This document shows positions 61,841 to 64,000 of a stretch of DNA of 64,000 nt, piece by piece. The position numbers and the translations under genes are program-made. The notes beneath the pieces were generated by a model. That model saw nothing but the letters and a program-made list of their open reading frames with translations, was not told the origin of the DNA and ran no database searches. The stretch is from Candidatus Marinacidobacterium sp. (GTDB taxonomy: Bacteria > Acidobacteriota > Vicinamibacteria > Marinacidobacterales > Marinacidobacteraceae), in the NCBI GenBank assembly GCA_965204755.1, contig OZ242011.1, forward strand, positions 576,001-640,000, given 5' to 3'. Position 1 is the first letter of the stretch. The number at the start of each line of letters is the position of its first letter.

Positions 61841-64000
61841 GCGGCGGCGCAGGGCGAGGACGGCTTCGTTCTCCGGGTCGAGGGCGTAGGCGCGGTCGAG
61901 GAGGCGCGCCGCTTCCTCTTCGTCGCCCTCGACCAGCCGCACGGTGGCGAGCAGGACGAGGAGGGAGGCGTCCGGCGGGCGCAGCGACAGCGCGCGGGTG
62001 AGCGGCGCCGCCGCGGTCTCGAAGGCGCCGGAGCGCACCAGCGCCTCGCCCAGCCGGCGGGCGGTGAGGTAGCGGTCGGGGTCCGCCTCGAAGAGCGGCC
62101 GGAGGAGGTCGGCCGCCGCGCCCGGTTCGTCGTCCTCCAGCAGTCGGGCGGCGAGGAAGTCGCGCGCCTCGGCCAGGTTCGGGCCGTTCGCGAGCGCCGC
62201 CTCGGCGTAGCCGCGGGCGTAGGCCGCGTTCCCCAGCGCGAGCCACTGGCGCGCGCGGGCCAGTTCGGCGACGCCGCCCAACTCGACACGGAGTTCCCCG
62301 AGGCCGCCGTCCACCGCCGGCCGGGGGACGGCGGCCCGCGGGGTGATCGAGAAGGGAACCTCCCGCCGCGCCAACTCGGCGCCCGCGCGGGCGACCAGCC
62401 GGACCGCCGCGCGGTACCTCCCGGCGGGCAGGTCCCCGAGCGGCTGCCGGATCACCAGCGGCCCTTCCCGGCCGGCCTCGGCGGGGGTCTCGCCGGCGGC
62501 GCGGGCCTCCCGGCGGCCCGCTCCGGAGTCCGCGCCGCCCGGCGTTGGCTCGTCCGCGGGGTCGTCCGCGGGGTCGTCCGCAGGGGCGATCTCCCAGACC
62601 ACGCGGGCGCCCTCCGGGGCGTTCAGCGGCTCCGAGAGGAGCACCAGATCCCCGGCGGCCGGATAGACCGCCTGGGGATTCGGCTGCAGGCGCAGGCGGC
62701 CGAAGCGGTAGCCCCGATACCGGGGTTCGCCGCCGAGGAGTTCGCTCCCGGAAGCGAGCACCGGCTCGGTGAGCGACGGCCGGTCGAATTGCAGTTCCGG
62801 GACGGAGAGCGGGCCTTCGTGGAGGGTGTAGGCGCGGCGGCAGTCCGCTTCCTCCCGGCTCGCGCAGGCGCGGTTCCGGACGATGACGCGCAGCCGGTAG
62901 TCGCCGGGAATCACCGGCGCCGCGCCCCGGAAGCGGAACGGACGGGTCAGCGCCGCCGACTCGTCTTCGCCGATGGAGAAGTACGACTCCGCCCGTTCCG
63001 AGTAGAGGATCGTCTCTCCTTCGTCGACAGAGTCGTCGGGGGGAGTCCGCGTGACTTCGATCGAGGCGATGAAGACGGCGCCGTAACGCCCGAGGTCCGG
63101 GTCGCGGACGACGATGACGGAAGCGGGCGGCAGTTCGACCGCCCAGTGGACGAAGTAACCGCCGGGCCCGGGCAGGACCTGGTGGAAACCGACGCTCGGC
63201 ACATAGTGGAAGAGGTAGTCGCTCTCGATGGTTTCGAGGTCGAACCGTTCCGCGTAACTCGTGTCCAGCCGGTAGGTGGGCGCGCCGCGGATCTCGTCGA
63301 GCAGCGAGATCGTCCCGAAACCGCGCAGGTCGCTGAAGTTCGTTCCTTCGTCGGTGCGGAAAGAGAGCGCCGCGGAGGCGAGTTCGGGACTGACCTCCGC
63401 GAGGTCGTTGTAGGCGTCCTCCAAGTTGTAGCGGAAGTCACCGGGACGGAACGCGCGGTATCCCGACAGCAGGGCTTCCGGGCCGTCCTCGATCGGGCTG
63501 TAGAGACGCATCTCCCCGGCGCCGAACCGGCGGAAGAACAGGAGGTGGAAGAACGCGGGGAGCCCGTAGTCGCGCAGCGCGGAGTCGTTGTAGAACCACA
63601 GTTCGATCGGGTAGAGCGCGTCGGAGTGGGAATAGTCCTCCTTGGTCCGGGGCGGGCCGAGCACGATGTGGAACCGGCCGCGGTCCGTCCGCCGGCCGGC
63701 GCGGCCGGTGTCCCGTCCGTAGAACTCGTCGGCGTATTCGATCCGGGCGTAGTGTTCGTCGCGGAACTCGTTCTCCGGCGTGGTCGGGTTCGGATCGCGG
63801 CGCTGCCAGAAGGCTTCGATGAACGCGTCGCGGGTTTCCTCGCCGGAGAGCGACCGGAAGGCTTCGCGCTCGGTTTCCGAGGCGATGTATGCGACCTCCT
63901 CTTCGAGCCAGCGCCGGTGGCGCTCGGTCATCCCGGCGGATTGGGCTCCGGCGGACGCCGGCGCCAGCGCGAGCGCGGCGCAGACGGCGGCGGGGAGCCT
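61838..64000 (-). CDS. GWxTD domain protein with C-terminal TPRs (5' end outside window)
   Basis: WLEEEVAYI, FWQRRDPNP..NEF, GRRTDRGR..LGPP; signal-peptide-like frame open to window edge. Confidence 0.88.
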   Translation of the reverse strand, partial: RLPAAVCAALALAPASAGAQSAGMTERHRRWLEEEVAYIASETEREAFRSLSGEETRDAFIEAFWQRRDPNPTTPENEFRDEHYARIEYADEFYGRDTGRAGRRTDRGRFHIVLGPPRTKEDYSHSDALYPIELWFYNDSALRDYGLPAFFHLLFFRRFGAGEMRLYSPIEDGPEALLSGYRAFRPGDFRYNLEDAYNDLAEVSPELASAALSFRTDEGTNFSDLRGFGTISLLDEIRGAPTYRLDTSYAERFDLETIESDYLFHYVPSVGFHQVLPGPGGYFVHWAVELPPASVIVVRDPDLGRYGAVFIASIEVTRTPPDDSVDEGETILYSERAESYFSIGEDESAALTRPFRFRGAAPVIPGDYRLRVIVRNRACASREEADCRRAYTLHEGPLSVPELQFDRPSLTEPVLASGSELLGGEPRYRGYRFGRLRLQPNPQAVYPAAGDLVLLSEPLNAPEGARVVWEIAPADDPADDPADEPTPGGADSGAGRREARAAGETPAEAGREGPLVIRQPLGDLPAGRYRAAVRLVARAGAELARREVPFSITPRAAVPRPAVDGGLGELRVELGGVAELARARQWLALGNAAYARGYAEAALANGPNLAEARDFLAARLLEDDEPGAAADLLRPLFEADPDRYLTARRLGEALVRSGAFETAAAPLTRALSLRPPDASLLVLLATVRLVEGDEEEAARLLDRAYALDPENEAVLALRRR

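Noticed and set aside
63680-63720. GRRTD instead of GWxTD as loss of function
   Set aside because: Single substitution in an otherwise intact domain; insufficient evidence

Overview
Very GC-rich bacterial chromosomal window. The GWxTD protein, the carboxypeptidase-domain TonB receptor and the gene order suggest Acidobacteriota (inference). About 1-12.4 kb is an accessory island. It holds a type I restriction-modification operon (hsdM...hsdS-hsdR-M48 peptidase) with one hicA toxin and three genes each built from three tandem HicB-like domains inserted between hsdM and hsdS. After it come three orphan IS21-like termini, a metzincin-like lipoprotein and an unexplained non-coding array of ~15 direct repeats around a palindrome. 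The rest is mainly housekeeping: tonB-phoH-HD-ybeY-hlyC-era; aspS; icd-mdh-sucCD-ndk-dcd-dut; boxC-boxB-thiolase; lpdA-lipB-E1beta-E2-lipA; nadE; a TonB receptor; a GWxTD protein. Small accessory inserts interrupt it: an orphan FitA, tandem paralogues, a UDG-like gene, two AAA_14/DUF4143 ATPases, a zeta-like fusion, a MITE family and decayed genes. No rRNA, tRNA or CRISPR array was recognised. All calls come from motifs read by eye; no database searches were run.
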